Notes under the pieces: generated by a model
The model's input: the letters and a program-made list of their open reading frames with translations, nothing else
Told to the model about the DNA's origin: nothing
Database searches by the model: none
Assembly (NCBI GenBank): GCA_008080735.1
Contig: SHMW01000017.1
Coordinates: forward strand, 14,196 to 58,540
Source: Promethearchaeota archaeon
GTDB taxonomy: Archaea > Asgardarchaeota > Lokiarchaeia > Sigyniarchaeales > SOKP01
Reading direction: 5' to 3'
DNA length: 44,345 nucleotides
In this document: positions 1 through 9,566 of the stretch, in pieces
Numbering within the stretch: position 1 is the first letter of the stretch
How the letters are laid out: each line of letters starts with the position of its first letter
Made by a program: the position numbers and the translations under genes

Positions 1-128
1 TCAATATATAATCTAAATAGATCTCTGGTATTATGGTTAAGCCAATAAGATTAATTTCTACCCAACAATTAGACTTAATGGAATTATTAATAATTATTTC
101 ATAAATAAGAATTATCTATTGGTTACAA

Positions 129-596
129 ATGGATCCTGAAAAATTAAGTGTTTATGATACGCGCCGATATCCTGTGAGACCGCATGTGGGCGTTGGAGTT
201 TTATTGGTTAGAGATGAGCATCTTCTTTTAGTAAAAAGAAAATATAACCCCGACGCGGGATATTGGTCAATCCCTGGAGGCCATCTAGACCTTGGCGAGC
301 AAGTCAGACGCGCAGCAGAAAGGGAGGCATTTGAAGAGACGGGTTTTAAAGTGAAAGTCACCAAACTAGCAGGGATAATCGATAAAATTATGTATGATGA
401 TAAAGGTAAAATCGAATATCATTACGTCCTACTCAATTATTTTGTCGAACAAATTAAAGGGGATGAAAACCAAAAACCTATAGCCGATGATGACGCCCTA
501 GAAGCTAAATTTGTTCCTTTTGAGCAACTGCAAGAGTATAGGTTAACGGGTTCATTGGTTGAATTATTAAAAGAGCTTAAAATAGGATTTCAATAA
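129..596 (+). CDS. Nudix hydrolase (ADP-ribose pyrophosphatase-like)
   Basis: Nudix box GGHLDLGEQVRRAAEREAFEETG fits GX5EX7REUXEEXGU. Confidence 0.93.
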   Translation: MDPEKLSVYDTRRYPVRPHVGVGVLLVRDEHLLLVKRKYNPDAGYWSIPGGHLDLGEQVRRAAEREAFEETGFKVKVTKLAGIIDKIMYDDKGKIEYHYVLLNYFVEQIKGDENQKPIADDDALEAKFVPFEQLQEYRLTGSLVELLKELKIGFQ

Positions 597-626
597 AATG
601 AATTATAAAAAACCTAAAGACAGTTT

Positions 627-1526
627 CTAATCAAAATGAGCCCGAGCAAATTGACCTATCTTTTTAATCGCTTCTTCTCCTTCAGGCGCCCAATCTGCAA
701 AAGCTTGAAATACATGGATCATATCATCCCACACCTCCAACTTCACATCAACTCCCGCTTTCTCTGCTTTTTTAGCCAGTCGTACTGCATCATCTAATAA
801 TATTTCTGGACTCCCTACTTGAATGAATAACGGAGGGAGGCCGCTTAAATCGCCATATAAGGGAGATATGAGGGGATTTTTAGGATTTTTGTCTTGAATA
901 TACAATGAAGCCATAAAAGCCAAGTCATAAGATTTTAGGAACTTATCTTGGTTCCTGTTTGCATTAATTGAATTTCCTTTCATTGCTAAATCTGTCCAAG
1001 GTGAAAGACATATTGCCGCTGAGGGTAAGGATTTATTCAACTCCTTTAGTCGCAATAAAGTCGAAATAGTTAGACCCCCTCCTGCGGAATCCCCTGCTAT
1101 AATAATATTTGATGATGGGACGTGTTGATTCTTGATTAACCATTCATAAGCGGAAACAGCATCACTCAACGCTGCTGGGAAGGGATTTTCGGGAGCTAAA
1201 CGGTAATCAATTAATAGAATTCGGGCTTCTGACGCTTTTCCGATTCTCATAGCCAAATCCTCATGGGATTTCAAAGATCCCTCCATATATCCACCTCCAT
1301 GTAAATAAAGAATAACTTTTTGAGAATCAGACTCGGGGCTATCAATCCATACTGCATTCATTCCATTTAATTCTAATTGAGTAAGATTCACATCTTCGGG
1401 AAGCTCGACCAAGGCTGCCAAACTTTCTAAGTTTTCCCTCGATTCTCGTACTCTTTTATTTAATTCGAGTTCATTACGTTTTTCAAGTAATTTCATCACC
1501 CTACGCATTCCTTTGCTTACCATCAA
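627..1526 (-). CDS. Alpha/beta hydrolase, HSL-family esterase/lipase
   Basis: HGGG oxyanion motif, GDSAGG nucleophile elbow, DYRLAPE, and C-terminal catalytic His in DMIHVF. Confidence 0.93.
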   Translation of the reverse strand: MMVSKGMRRVMKLLEKRNELELNKRVRESRENLESLAALVELPEDVNLTQLELNGMNAVWIDSPESDSQKVILYLHGGGYMEGSLKSHEDLAMRIGKASEARILLIDYRLAPENPFPAALSDAVSAYEWLIKNQHVPSSNIIIAGDSAGGGLTISTLLRLKELNKSLPSAAICLSPWTDLAMKGNSINANRNQDKFLKSYDLAFMASLYIQDKNPKNPLISPLYGDLSGLPPLFIQVGSPEILLDDAVRLAKKAEKAGVDVKLEVWDDMIHVFQAFADWAPEGEEAIKKIGQFARAHFD

Positions 1527-1750
1527 ATCACTTTAGATTTTGCTTAATAATTAAAATTAATAATTAAGATGTGGAGTTATGGATTTTTATTTATTTCGAT
1601 CTATCCTTTTTATAATTCCATTTTTTTAACCTAACTATGAATAAATAACCTTCAAAATAGTAAAGCTAAAGAATAAAATTCTAATCACATTAATTTAATC
1701 AATATCTAATATTAATAGTAAAAATTTGTTTAATTTCGAGGCAAACTATA

Positions 1751-3058
1751 TTGGCCACCTTAATGAAGGAAGCTAAAGAAGGGAATATAACCAAGGAAAT
1801 GCGAATTGTTGCCGAAAATGAAAAACTTGAACCAGAATTCATCCGTCGGGGCATCTCTAAAGGAAGAATCATTATTCCAAAGTCTAATCGAAGGGAATTA
1901 AATCCTCCCATCGGAATTGGGAAGGGATTGTTTGTCAAAATAAACGCAAATGTCGGTTCCTCGAAGAAGGTATTCGATCCCGAGGAGGAATTAGCAAAAG
2001 CACAAATTGCCGAAAAGTATGGTGCAGACACTTTGATGGATTTAAGCACAGGAATTAAGGAATCAGATGTAATTCAAATTCGGCGGAAAATTTTGGAAAA
2101 CACAAATATCCCATTGGGAACGGTCCCTATTTATCAATCTGCCTTACGTGCCATCGAAACTAAAGGAGCCATAATTCATATGGATGAAGACGATCTCTTT
2201 AATGTGGTCGAGGAGCAAGCAAAAGAAGGCGTGGATTTCTTTACTATCCATGCGGGAGTCACAAGGGAGATAATCGATTATTTAGTTGATCATCCTCGTA
2301 TGATGGGTGTAGTTTCGCGTGGCGGGACGTTTTTGGCAGCCTGGATATTGCATCATGAACAAGAAAATCCTTTTAACAAAAAATATGATTACCTATTAGA
2401 AATGGCCCAGGAATATGATTTCACGCTCTCTTTAGGTGATGGTATGAGACCAGGGGGTATATTTGATTCTACTGACTATCCTCAGATACGAGAGTTAATG
2501 GAAATTTCTACATTGGTGAAACGAGCGTGGAATAACAATGTTCAAGTGATGGTAGAGGGTCCTGGGCATATACCGGCTCACGAAATCGAACAAAATATAA
2601 AGATTCAAAAGTCTCTCTGTGATGAAGCCCCCTTTTATGTGCTTGGTCCATTAGTAACCGACATCGCTCCTGGTTATGATGAGATTGTGAGCGCAATCGG
2701 AGGCACAATGGCTGGACTTGCTGGAGCCGACTATCTATGTTATGTAACTCCCTCAGAGCATCTTGGTTTACCAAATCGGGAAGAAGTGAAGAGAGGTGTG
2801 ATTGCGTCGAAAATTGCTGCTCATGCTGTTAATATCGCAAGATATGGCAAACGTGCTTCGGAGTGGGATTATAAAATGGATATCGCCCGAAAAAATCTGA
2901 ATTGGAAAGATATGATTACTTTAGCCATAGACCCGGAACTTGCTGAAGAAAAACATCTGAGATCGGGTGAGAAACTCGATGAGGATGTGTGTTCCATGTG
3001 TGGAGATTTTTGTGCAATTAAACTCTTAAGAGATGCTTTAGAAGAAAAAAATAAATAG
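1751..3058 (+). CDS. thiC: Phosphomethylpyrimidine synthase ThiC
   Basis: KINANVG, GADTLMDLSTG, GTVPIYQ, SRGG, SLGDGMRPG, VMVEGPGH, PFYVLGPLVTDIAPGYD, CYVTPSEHL and C-terminal CSMCGDFC Fe-S motif. TTG start. A BzaF-like paralogue is not excluded, but nearby thiN favours ThiC. Confidence 0.9.
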   Translation: MATLMKEAKEGNITKEMRIVAENEKLEPEFIRRGISKGRIIIPKSNRRELNPPIGIGKGLFVKINANVGSSKKVFDPEEELAKAQIAEKYGADTLMDLSTGIKESDVIQIRRKILENTNIPLGTVPIYQSALRAIETKGAIIHMDEDDLFNVVEEQAKEGVDFFTIHAGVTREIIDYLVDHPRMMGVVSRGGTFLAAWILHHEQENPFNKKYDYLLEMAQEYDFTLSLGDGMRPGGIFDSTDYPQIRELMEISTLVKRAWNNNVQVMVEGPGHIPAHEIEQNIKIQKSLCDEAPFYVLGPLVTDIAPGYDEIVSAIGGTMAGLAGADYLCYVTPSEHLGLPNREEVKRGVIASKIAAHAVNIARYGKRASEWDYKMDIARKNLNWKDMITLAIDPELAEEKHLRSGEKLDEDVCSMCGDFCAIKLLRDALEEKNK

Positions 3059-3118
3059 GGGTTCACAATTGATTTTTGTAATAGAAAATCCCCAATCTAT
3101 AAAATATGGTTTTCTCTG

Positions 3119-4399
3119 CTACGGTTTTAAGTCATCCGAAAAATAATACGGTGTTAAAATCGGGAAAAATTCTCTGTTTAACTCCAGAAAAACTTTTTCA
3201 GGTATTAATGACCCATCTTCAGGAGGATTCTTATATTTTTGCTTTAGTTGTTTCACATATTCTCGCATCTCTAGTTTTAAGAAATATGTACCTTTTTGCG
3301 CAATTATTACTAAATAATAGGGTTCTCGATATTCTACGATTATAGCTCTATCACCGAATTTTAAAGAATCTATCCCTGCTTTCGATTTGGCAACTTCCTC
3401 ACCCACATTACTAAATGCAATAGTGAGCCCACCAATAAGCTGTGAAGTTGCGCCACTTTCATTGAAATCAGCGAATTCATCAGAAAGGGGTTTATAATAA
3501 TGCGTGATTCCCGCATCATCTACGAGGCTGACGGCTTGTACATTTGGGGGTACTAATCCTATCAACTCGGGATCTACGAAATGTGGAATACTGATTAGGA
3601 GTAGAGCCACGACGAAGATCGGTGTATTATAGGTTGAAAATTCTACTCCCACAGCATCTAATATACCTTCTGTGAATTCAAATATTATATTTATGAAGAG
3701 AAGAACGATTCCCGCAAATTGTAAACCTCCCAAAATTCTTGCCCGATTACTATGGTTAAAGAATGCTTTCGACATTCGAATTCCGATTAATAACACAGAT
3801 AAAAATACACCAATTGCACCGATTTGTACTAAAGTTCGTAGAAAAATTTGAAATGCAGTATTAGTCCCATAATCCATCGCGAACAATGAATACACATTTT
3901 TAAGACAATAGGGGATAATACAGAGTGTAATGAAGATCATGAGTCCGGGACGTGGACTATCTCTATCATTGAGTTCAAAATGGAAAAAGAGGAACAATAT
4001 GGAAAGTGTTGAGGTTAAAAGTTGTACTTCGAAAAGCCAAGTCTGTGGCACAGAACCTGCAGGATTCCAATTTGCCCATCCAAAGAAATATGAGGTCATA
4101 GACAGGAATAATCCCACTAGCAGAAATAATAAAGAGGTTAATCCGTATTTGAAAGCTCGATAAGAAAGTAAAGATGCAAAGAACAGCATAATTACAGCTA
4201 ATGTGAAAAAATAGGGTGAGAATGACCCTATCTGTCCATATACAACATTACTCTTAAACCAAGACTCAAAGATGAAACTTGTTAAAAGCAAATATATACC
4301 CGCAAAAATACTTATAATTACTGAGATAAGAATGATATATTCTTTCGCGCTTTTGAGAAATCCGAATAGATTACTTGAAAAAGTTTTTTTTATCTTCAT
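3119..4399 (-). CDS. Multi-pass membrane protein (about 8 TM) with C-terminal longin/roadblock-like domain
   Basis: About 8 hydrophobic segments in aa 20-275. The C-terminal VSLVDDAGITHY...QLIGGLTIAFSNVGEE...IDSLKFGDRAIIVE...YLVIIA pattern resembles Asgard longin-like domains. Confidence 0.7.
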   Translation of the reverse strand: MKIKKTFSSNLFGFLKSAKEYIILISVIISIFAGIYLLLTSFIFESWFKSNVVYGQIGSFSPYFFTLAVIMLFFASLLSYRAFKYGLTSLLFLLVGLFLSMTSYFFGWANWNPAGSVPQTWLFEVQLLTSTLSILFLFFHFELNDRDSPRPGLMIFITLCIIPYCLKNVYSLFAMDYGTNTAFQIFLRTLVQIGAIGVFLSVLLIGIRMSKAFFNHSNRARILGGLQFAGIVLLFINIIFEFTEGILDAVGVEFSTYNTPIFVVALLLISIPHFVDPELIGLVPPNVQAVSLVDDAGITHYYKPLSDEFADFNESGATSQLIGGLTIAFSNVGEEVAKSKAGIDSLKFGDRAIIVEYREPYYLVIIAQKGTYFLKLEMREYVKQLKQKYKNPPEDGSLIPEKVFLELNREFFPILTPYYFSDDLKP

Positions 4400-4517
4400 T
4401 TTAATCCAAGCCTTTTATTTTAGTTTATGAATAATAAATAGAGAGAAATTAACCTATTTAAAAATGTGTGAAACAGTTCTAAAAAACTGAAATTGGATGG
4501 GGGCCACAAACCTCATA

Positions 4518-5099
4518 TTACTCAATTACTTCATCTTGATGTAAAATTTCTAAAATGATCTCTAATTTCCGAATCATATCATCTGCATCTTGAGCAAATA
4601 ACCGCATCATCGCTTCTTTACCCATTGCACCTTTATCCCAAATTATATCTGGAATCCTTCCTATCTCATCAATAGTCTTCTTAATCAACCATTGCATAGT
4701 AGAATGTTCCTGTTCCTTAACCTCTTCTGGTTGTTCTTCTCTAATTATTTCTCGCAATTGTAAATCCGAGTGCTGCTCAAGTCTCTCGATTATGTGTGGA
4801 AAATATTTCAAATTCATCACAATATTGATATTCTCATCGAATTGTTTGGCAGTGAGAATCAGCCTTGCGGTATGATCCGATACACCAAATTTAATATCTC
4901 CGCACGCTTTTGGAAACCCTCCTATTACCGTTATCCGACCTTCAATAGCGGCAATATTCTCTTCGGTTTCCGTATTCCTAGTAGCTACAGATATATTTGT
5001 TCTTACTTCTGGAATAAGCATACTGAATGTTTGGATGCTAGAAAAATAATTATAGATTGCTCTAACTTGATTAATCGCGTTTGATTTGATATTCTCCAT
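4518..5099 (-). CDS. thiN: Thiamine-phosphate synthase ThiN-family protein (stand-alone)
   Basis: LIPEVRTN, AAIEGRI, FGVSDHTAR, MNLKY, STMQW and PDIIWDKGAMGKE motifs. No N-terminal HTH, so not ThiR. Lies near thiC. Confidence 0.85.
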   Translation of the reverse strand: MENIKSNAINQVRAIYNYFSSIQTFSMLIPEVRTNISVATRNTETEENIAAIEGRITVIGGFPKACGDIKFGVSDHTARLILTAKQFDENINIVMNLKYFPHIIERLEQHSDLQLREIIREEQPEEVKEQEHSTMQWLIKKTIDEIGRIPDIIWDKGAMGKEAMMRLFAQDADDMIRKLEIILEILHQDEVIE

Positions 5100-5172
5100 A
5101 ACTTTTCACAATATTCTTTAATGAAGAAAAATGAAAGAAATAATAAAAAATCAGAGATAATTGGTATAAAAC

Positions 5173-5742
5173 TCAATTAGCTCTTTCAAACGCCCATCTT
5201 GCTTTATCATCTAGTCCTAATGCTTGATAAGATCTTCCTAAATAAAGCCACGCATCTGGAAATTCAAAGTCCTGTTTTACCAATTTGAAAAGATGGTTAA
5301 TTGCCATATCATAACGCCCTCGTAGAAAATTGATTTTTCCGCGTAGAAACATTATTTCGTGCTTTTTATCATCATCATTCGTGAAACCATCCAACAGTTC
5401 TAATGCTTTTTTATATTCTTTCTGTTTAGTTAATTTCTCAATAACTTCTATTGTTTTAAGAAAAACCATATTCTTACATATTTCTTTAATCTTTATCTTA
5501 TTTTCTTCCTCCATCTGGAGTTTAAGTGCTTTCTGTGTTTCCTGCTCTTTTTTTTCTATGTAGGCTTGGAACTTTTGAATAATATTGTCATCATATTTAT
5601 CGTTGCATAAAGGACATTTTAACGAATGCGTTAACCATTCCCTTAGGCACGAAGTATGTGCCGCGTGACCGTTTGGGCATTCATCATACATCTCGGATTT
5701 TTCATCAATAGGAAGATGACAAATAATACATGAGGTTGGCAT
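5173..5742 (-). CDS. RING-H2 zinc finger plus TPR protein (putative E3 ubiquitin ligase)
   Basis: CIIC...CPNGH-AAH-TSC...W...CPLC (C3H2C3), a coiled linker, then TPR-like helices (FLRGKINFLRGRYDMAI; AWLYLGRSYQALGLDDKARWAFERA). Confidence 0.82.
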   Translation of the reverse strand: MPTSCIICHLPIDEKSEMYDECPNGHAAHTSCLREWLTHSLKCPLCNDKYDDNIIQKFQAYIEKKEQETQKALKLQMEEENKIKIKEICKNMVFLKTIEVIEKLTKQKEYKKALELLDGFTNDDDKKHEIMFLRGKINFLRGRYDMAINHLFKLVKQDFEFPDAWLYLGRSYQALGLDDKARWAFERAN

Positions 5743-5907
5743 TTGATAGTTTCTATAAGTGTGATTTATTACAATTATATTATACTAAACATATAACTCT
5801 AAATTATTATATCTAACGAGTACTTTTAAGAATGTTCTTTTCGAAAAAAGATTAAATTGAAATACCATCATAATTGTTAAAATAATAATCACTTAAGGAA
5901 ATTCTAA

Positions 5908-7470
5908 ATGTCTATCAATCTTACAGAACTCTTTGAAACTCTCTGCAACAACTTTTTTCAAGTAAACGATGAGGTAGATGCGATTATTGTTTCTGATATT
6001 GATGGACTCACGATATTTGGCGAAAAAAGAGAGGATGTAGATCTAGAAATCGTGTCAGTACTTACTTCTATTGTACATCCGGTACTGGAACGGATTCGGG
6101 ATGAATTCGCCTTCCAACAATTTGGGACTGCTTCCTTTGATACAGAGGAGCATAGATTATTATTTATCTCCATCGATGAAAAAACTACGTTAAGCTTAGT
6201 TATCGATCCAATGGCATCTTTAGACAAAATCTCTCCTTATGCGTATTTTTTAGCAGAAAAAATCGCACGAATCCTAAAAGCAGAACAAGATGATATTATC
6301 CAACTCGAAATACCTAATTTCGAATACGAAGCAGAAAGAGCTCAACAACTTAAAAACCAAATCTATCAACTCCGATTAGATACAGGGAGGAGATTTCGCT
6401 TTAAATTCATTATTATCGGTGATCATGAGGTTGGTAAGACCTCGATCGTTCGCCGTTTTGTAGAAAATAAATTTACACACGATTATCGAGCAACAATTGG
6501 TTTAAATATTCATACCCATTCCATCAACTTCTTAGAAAACGATGTAAAGTTTTCCATTTGGGATATCGGAGCTCAAAAATACTTTAAACGATTTCGAAAG
6601 ACCTATTATATCGGCGCGCAAGCAGCATTTATCGTCTTTGATTTGACTCTCAGAGAATCATTTGAAAATGTGATTTCGTGGTTTGAAGAAATTGATAAAT
6701 TCCTTAATACCGAGAAGTTACCGATCATATTAGTGGGAAATAAGTCCGATTTAGTCGAGGAAAGAGCGGTCGAGTACCAAGAAGGCGTTCAGATGACAAA
6801 TCGCCTAACTGAAAAGGGTATAACAAATATTTCCTACATTGAAACGAGCGCACTAACGGGTGATAATATTCATGACGCTTTTCGATTAATTTCCTATCAT
6901 TATATTGCAAAAAGCAAAGAAATCGAAGAACAAAAACTTAAGGCCGATGTATTAGAGGAAATTGAGGAAATATTACCATTAAAGGATCAATTGGTTATTA
7001 CATTCTTGACGGAAAGCCGATATTTTAGCCCCGCCTTACAAATCCTCAATTCTGCATTATCAGAGCATAAAATGACCAATAAAGTCGAAGTAAAAGACAA
7101 ACAAATCTATGAATACGAGAACGGTATAACATTACATAATTATTCCTATGAGAATATGGATATAGGGAATTCGGACGGTATCTTTTGCATATTTGACGCC
7201 AGAAATCGAGAATCTATCAAATCTGAATGGAAAAATATGATCATCAAAATAATTGAGAACATTGATGAGAAAAAAGTCATTTTAGTGGGAATCAGAGTGT
7301 CTGATAACGCTGATTGGTCCAAAATTATGGAAGAATTTGATATAAATGAATATTTGGAAAAGAAAATGGTGTCCTTTCTATTTTTCAAGATTGGAGAAGA
7401 ATATCGTTTGGAAATATTTGATCAACTAAAAGTTATGTTTAGTACGATTGAATCTATATCTCGTACATAG
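5908..7470 (+). CDS. Roadblock/LAMTOR-like domain, Rab/Ras-like small GTPase and degenerate GTPase-like C-terminal domain
   Basis: N-terminal VDAIIVSDIDGL (roadblock). G1 GDHEVGKTS, G2 YRATIG, G3 WDIGAQ, G4 NKSD, G5 ETSA. The C-terminal SDGIFCIFDARNRESI..W..VILVG echoes GTPase beta4-beta5. Confidence 0.88.
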   Translation: MSINLTELFETLCNNFFQVNDEVDAIIVSDIDGLTIFGEKREDVDLEIVSVLTSIVHPVLERIRDEFAFQQFGTASFDTEEHRLLFISIDEKTTLSLVIDPMASLDKISPYAYFLAEKIARILKAEQDDIIQLEIPNFEYEAERAQQLKNQIYQLRLDTGRRFRFKFIIIGDHEVGKTSIVRRFVENKFTHDYRATIGLNIHTHSINFLENDVKFSIWDIGAQKYFKRFRKTYYIGAQAAFIVFDLTLRESFENVISWFEEIDKFLNTEKLPIILVGNKSDLVEERAVEYQEGVQMTNRLTEKGITNISYIETSALTGDNIHDAFRLISYHYIAKSKEIEEQKLKADVLEEIEEILPLKDQLVITFLTESRYFSPALQILNSALSEHKMTNKVEVKDKQIYEYENGITLHNYSYENMDIGNSDGIFCIFDARNRESIKSEWKNMIIKIIENIDEKKVILVGIRVSDNADWSKIMEEFDINEYLEKKMVSFLFFKIGEEYRLEIFDQLKVMFSTIESISRT

Positions 7471-7476
7471 GGGCAA

Positions 7477-8544
7477 TCATTTTTTTAGAAAACTCTTGAG
7501 CTTTTCACTAATCAGATCACCCATTTGAGTGGTCGTGAGCGTTTCAAGCAATTTATTTTCAATATCGATGGTTCGACCCTCATTTAACGCTTCTTCTACA
7601 CTTTTTTCTATATCGTGGGCGATTTCTTCTTGCTTGAATGATTCTTCGAGCATTAATTTCACACTTAAGATGGTCCCAATGGGATTTGCGATATTTTTAC
7701 CTGCGATATCGGGGGCTGACCCGTGGATCGGTTCATACATTGACACTTGACCCGGATGGATGTTTCCGCTTGATGCCATCCCCAGACTCCCTATTAAGAA
7801 AGCTCCCTCATCGCTGATGATGTCTCCAAATAAATTTCCAGTCACAACTGTTTCATAATCGTAAGGACTGCGTATTAACCATTGGCAAAAAGCATCAACA
7901 TACATATTTTCCTTTTCTAGTTTGGGATAGGATTTTCCTATTTGTTCAAAAATTTCCCTCCATAACTGACTGGGCTTTAAAATATTAGCTTTATCTACTG
8001 AGGTTATTTTCTTATGATTATGCTTTTTTGCAAATTGGAATGCATATTCAATAATTCTCTCACAGCCACTTCTCGTATATATCATATTATTAATTGCTAC
8101 TTCCTTTTTCATGATACCTCCGATATTAGCATAAAGTCCTTCCGTATTTTCCCTCACAATGGTAAGATCAATCCCGTCTCCGATATATTGGTCTTTAAGA
8201 GGACACCGATCCTTTAATGCATCAAACAGCTTTATTGGGCGTAAGTTTACATAAAGATCTAATCCTTGTCGTATCCCTAAGATGGCGGACTCAGCGACTC
8301 CTTGCGGAAGCCCGGGTATCCCTATAGCTCCAAAAAGGAGGGCATCAGACTCTTTTATAATTGTAAAAGTTTTATCGGGTAGACTCTGGCCCATTTCTTT
8401 CCATACTTTTCCTCCTGCTGGTGCTTCTTTGAACTCAAAACTGAGGTCTGAATATTTCTCAACAGTTTTGAGGATCTTCATACCTTCCTCGACAACTTCT
8501 GGTCCCACACCATCTCCTTTTGTAATAGCAATCTGAGCTTTCAT
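7477..8544 (-). CDS. leuB: 3-isopropylmalate dehydrogenase (isocitrate/isopropylmalate dehydrogenase family)
   Basis: GDGVGPEV, LYVNLRP, RENTEGLY, VDKAN, NLFGDIISD and EPIHGSAPDIAGK. The Glu in AESAILGIR is IPMDH-like. Confidence 0.82.
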   Translation of the reverse strand: MKAQIAITKGDGVGPEVVEEGMKILKTVEKYSDLSFEFKEAPAGGKVWKEMGQSLPDKTFTIIKESDALLFGAIGIPGLPQGVAESAILGIRQGLDLYVNLRPIKLFDALKDRCPLKDQYIGDGIDLTIVRENTEGLYANIGGIMKKEVAINNMIYTRSGCERIIEYAFQFAKKHNHKKITSVDKANILKPSQLWREIFEQIGKSYPKLEKENMYVDAFCQWLIRSPYDYETVVTGNLFGDIISDEGAFLIGSLGMASSGNIHPGQVSMYEPIHGSAPDIAGKNIANPIGTILSVKLMLEESFKQEEIAHDIEKSVEEALNEGRTIDIENKLLETLTTTQMGDLISEKLKSFLKK

Positions 8545-8670
8545 TATGAAATACCTTTAAAAGTAAGATTATCTTTTATTTAACTTGATTTTAGCTAATA
8601 TTAAATATTAAATGAATTTATTGAAATCCTAAAAAAAGTACCGATGAATAATATAAGAGATGATAACATT

Positions 8671-9510
8671 ATGGAAACGTAAATTTATTATTTTTCAGGG
8701 ACAGGTAATTCGCTCCATGTTGCCAGAGAATTAAAAAAAAGAATTCCCAATACAACATTAATCCCCATTATTAGTGCGCTAAAAAGCGAGAGGACAACTT
8801 CTTCCGCAGATATAGTTGGAATTGTGTTTCCTATACATGCACATACCTTTCCTTGGGTAATAGAGCAATTTTTAAGAAAAAGTAATCTTCGGGGAGCTTC
8901 ATACCTTTTTGCCCTTTCAACACGTGAATGTGCTGATAAGGTCTTTTCTGATATGAACAAGATTCTGAAAAAGCAAGGCATAGAGCTGGATGCTTCTTTT
9001 ATGGTTAATACCCCCGAAAATTTTATTCCGGTTTTTCCAGTTCCTACAGAGGAAGAAATAAATCATTTAGAAGAAGAATTACAAAATAAGTTGAATTCAA
9101 TTCAAAATAAGATCGCTAATAAAATCCCTCACCATGAAGATACTGGGATTTTAGTTTCTGTTTTTGCAAATACTATACTTCGCATCAGCACTTTCTTATT
9201 TCAAAAGACTGGGTATTTTGGATTACAAAAAGTATATTATGCCGATGAGGGGTGTGTGGGATGTGGAACGTGTGAAAAAATATGTTTATCTAACAAAATC
9301 AATATAATTAATGATAAACCAGTTTGGAACCGAGAAATCCCTTGCATGTATTGTTTTGCATGTATTAGTTATTGTCCCCAAAATGCGATTCAAGCCAAAC
9401 GGATGCGAACCAGAAAAAAAGGAAGATACCATCATCCACAAATTATAGCAAAAGATATCTCTAACCAAAAATCCTATGCTCTAAGGGATTCTTTATCTAT
9501 AAAACACTAA
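8671..9510 (+). pseudogene. EFR1-type flavodoxin-ferredoxin with a premature stop at codon 4
   Basis: ATG at 8671 reads MET*IYYFSGTGNSLHVAREL (flavodoxin FSGTGNS loop) with TAA at 8680-8682, in frame with ORF 8824-9510. The C-terminus has two CxxCxxCxxxC motifs. Confidence 0.75.
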
Positions 9511-9566
9511 ATTTATGGGTTAATTTCATTAATATTAAAAAGGAATATGGACCTATTTGATTTGAA

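Noticed and set aside
1527-1750. TPP riboswitch upstream of thiC
   Set aside because: The region is very AT-rich, with no CUGAGA core or supporting helices.
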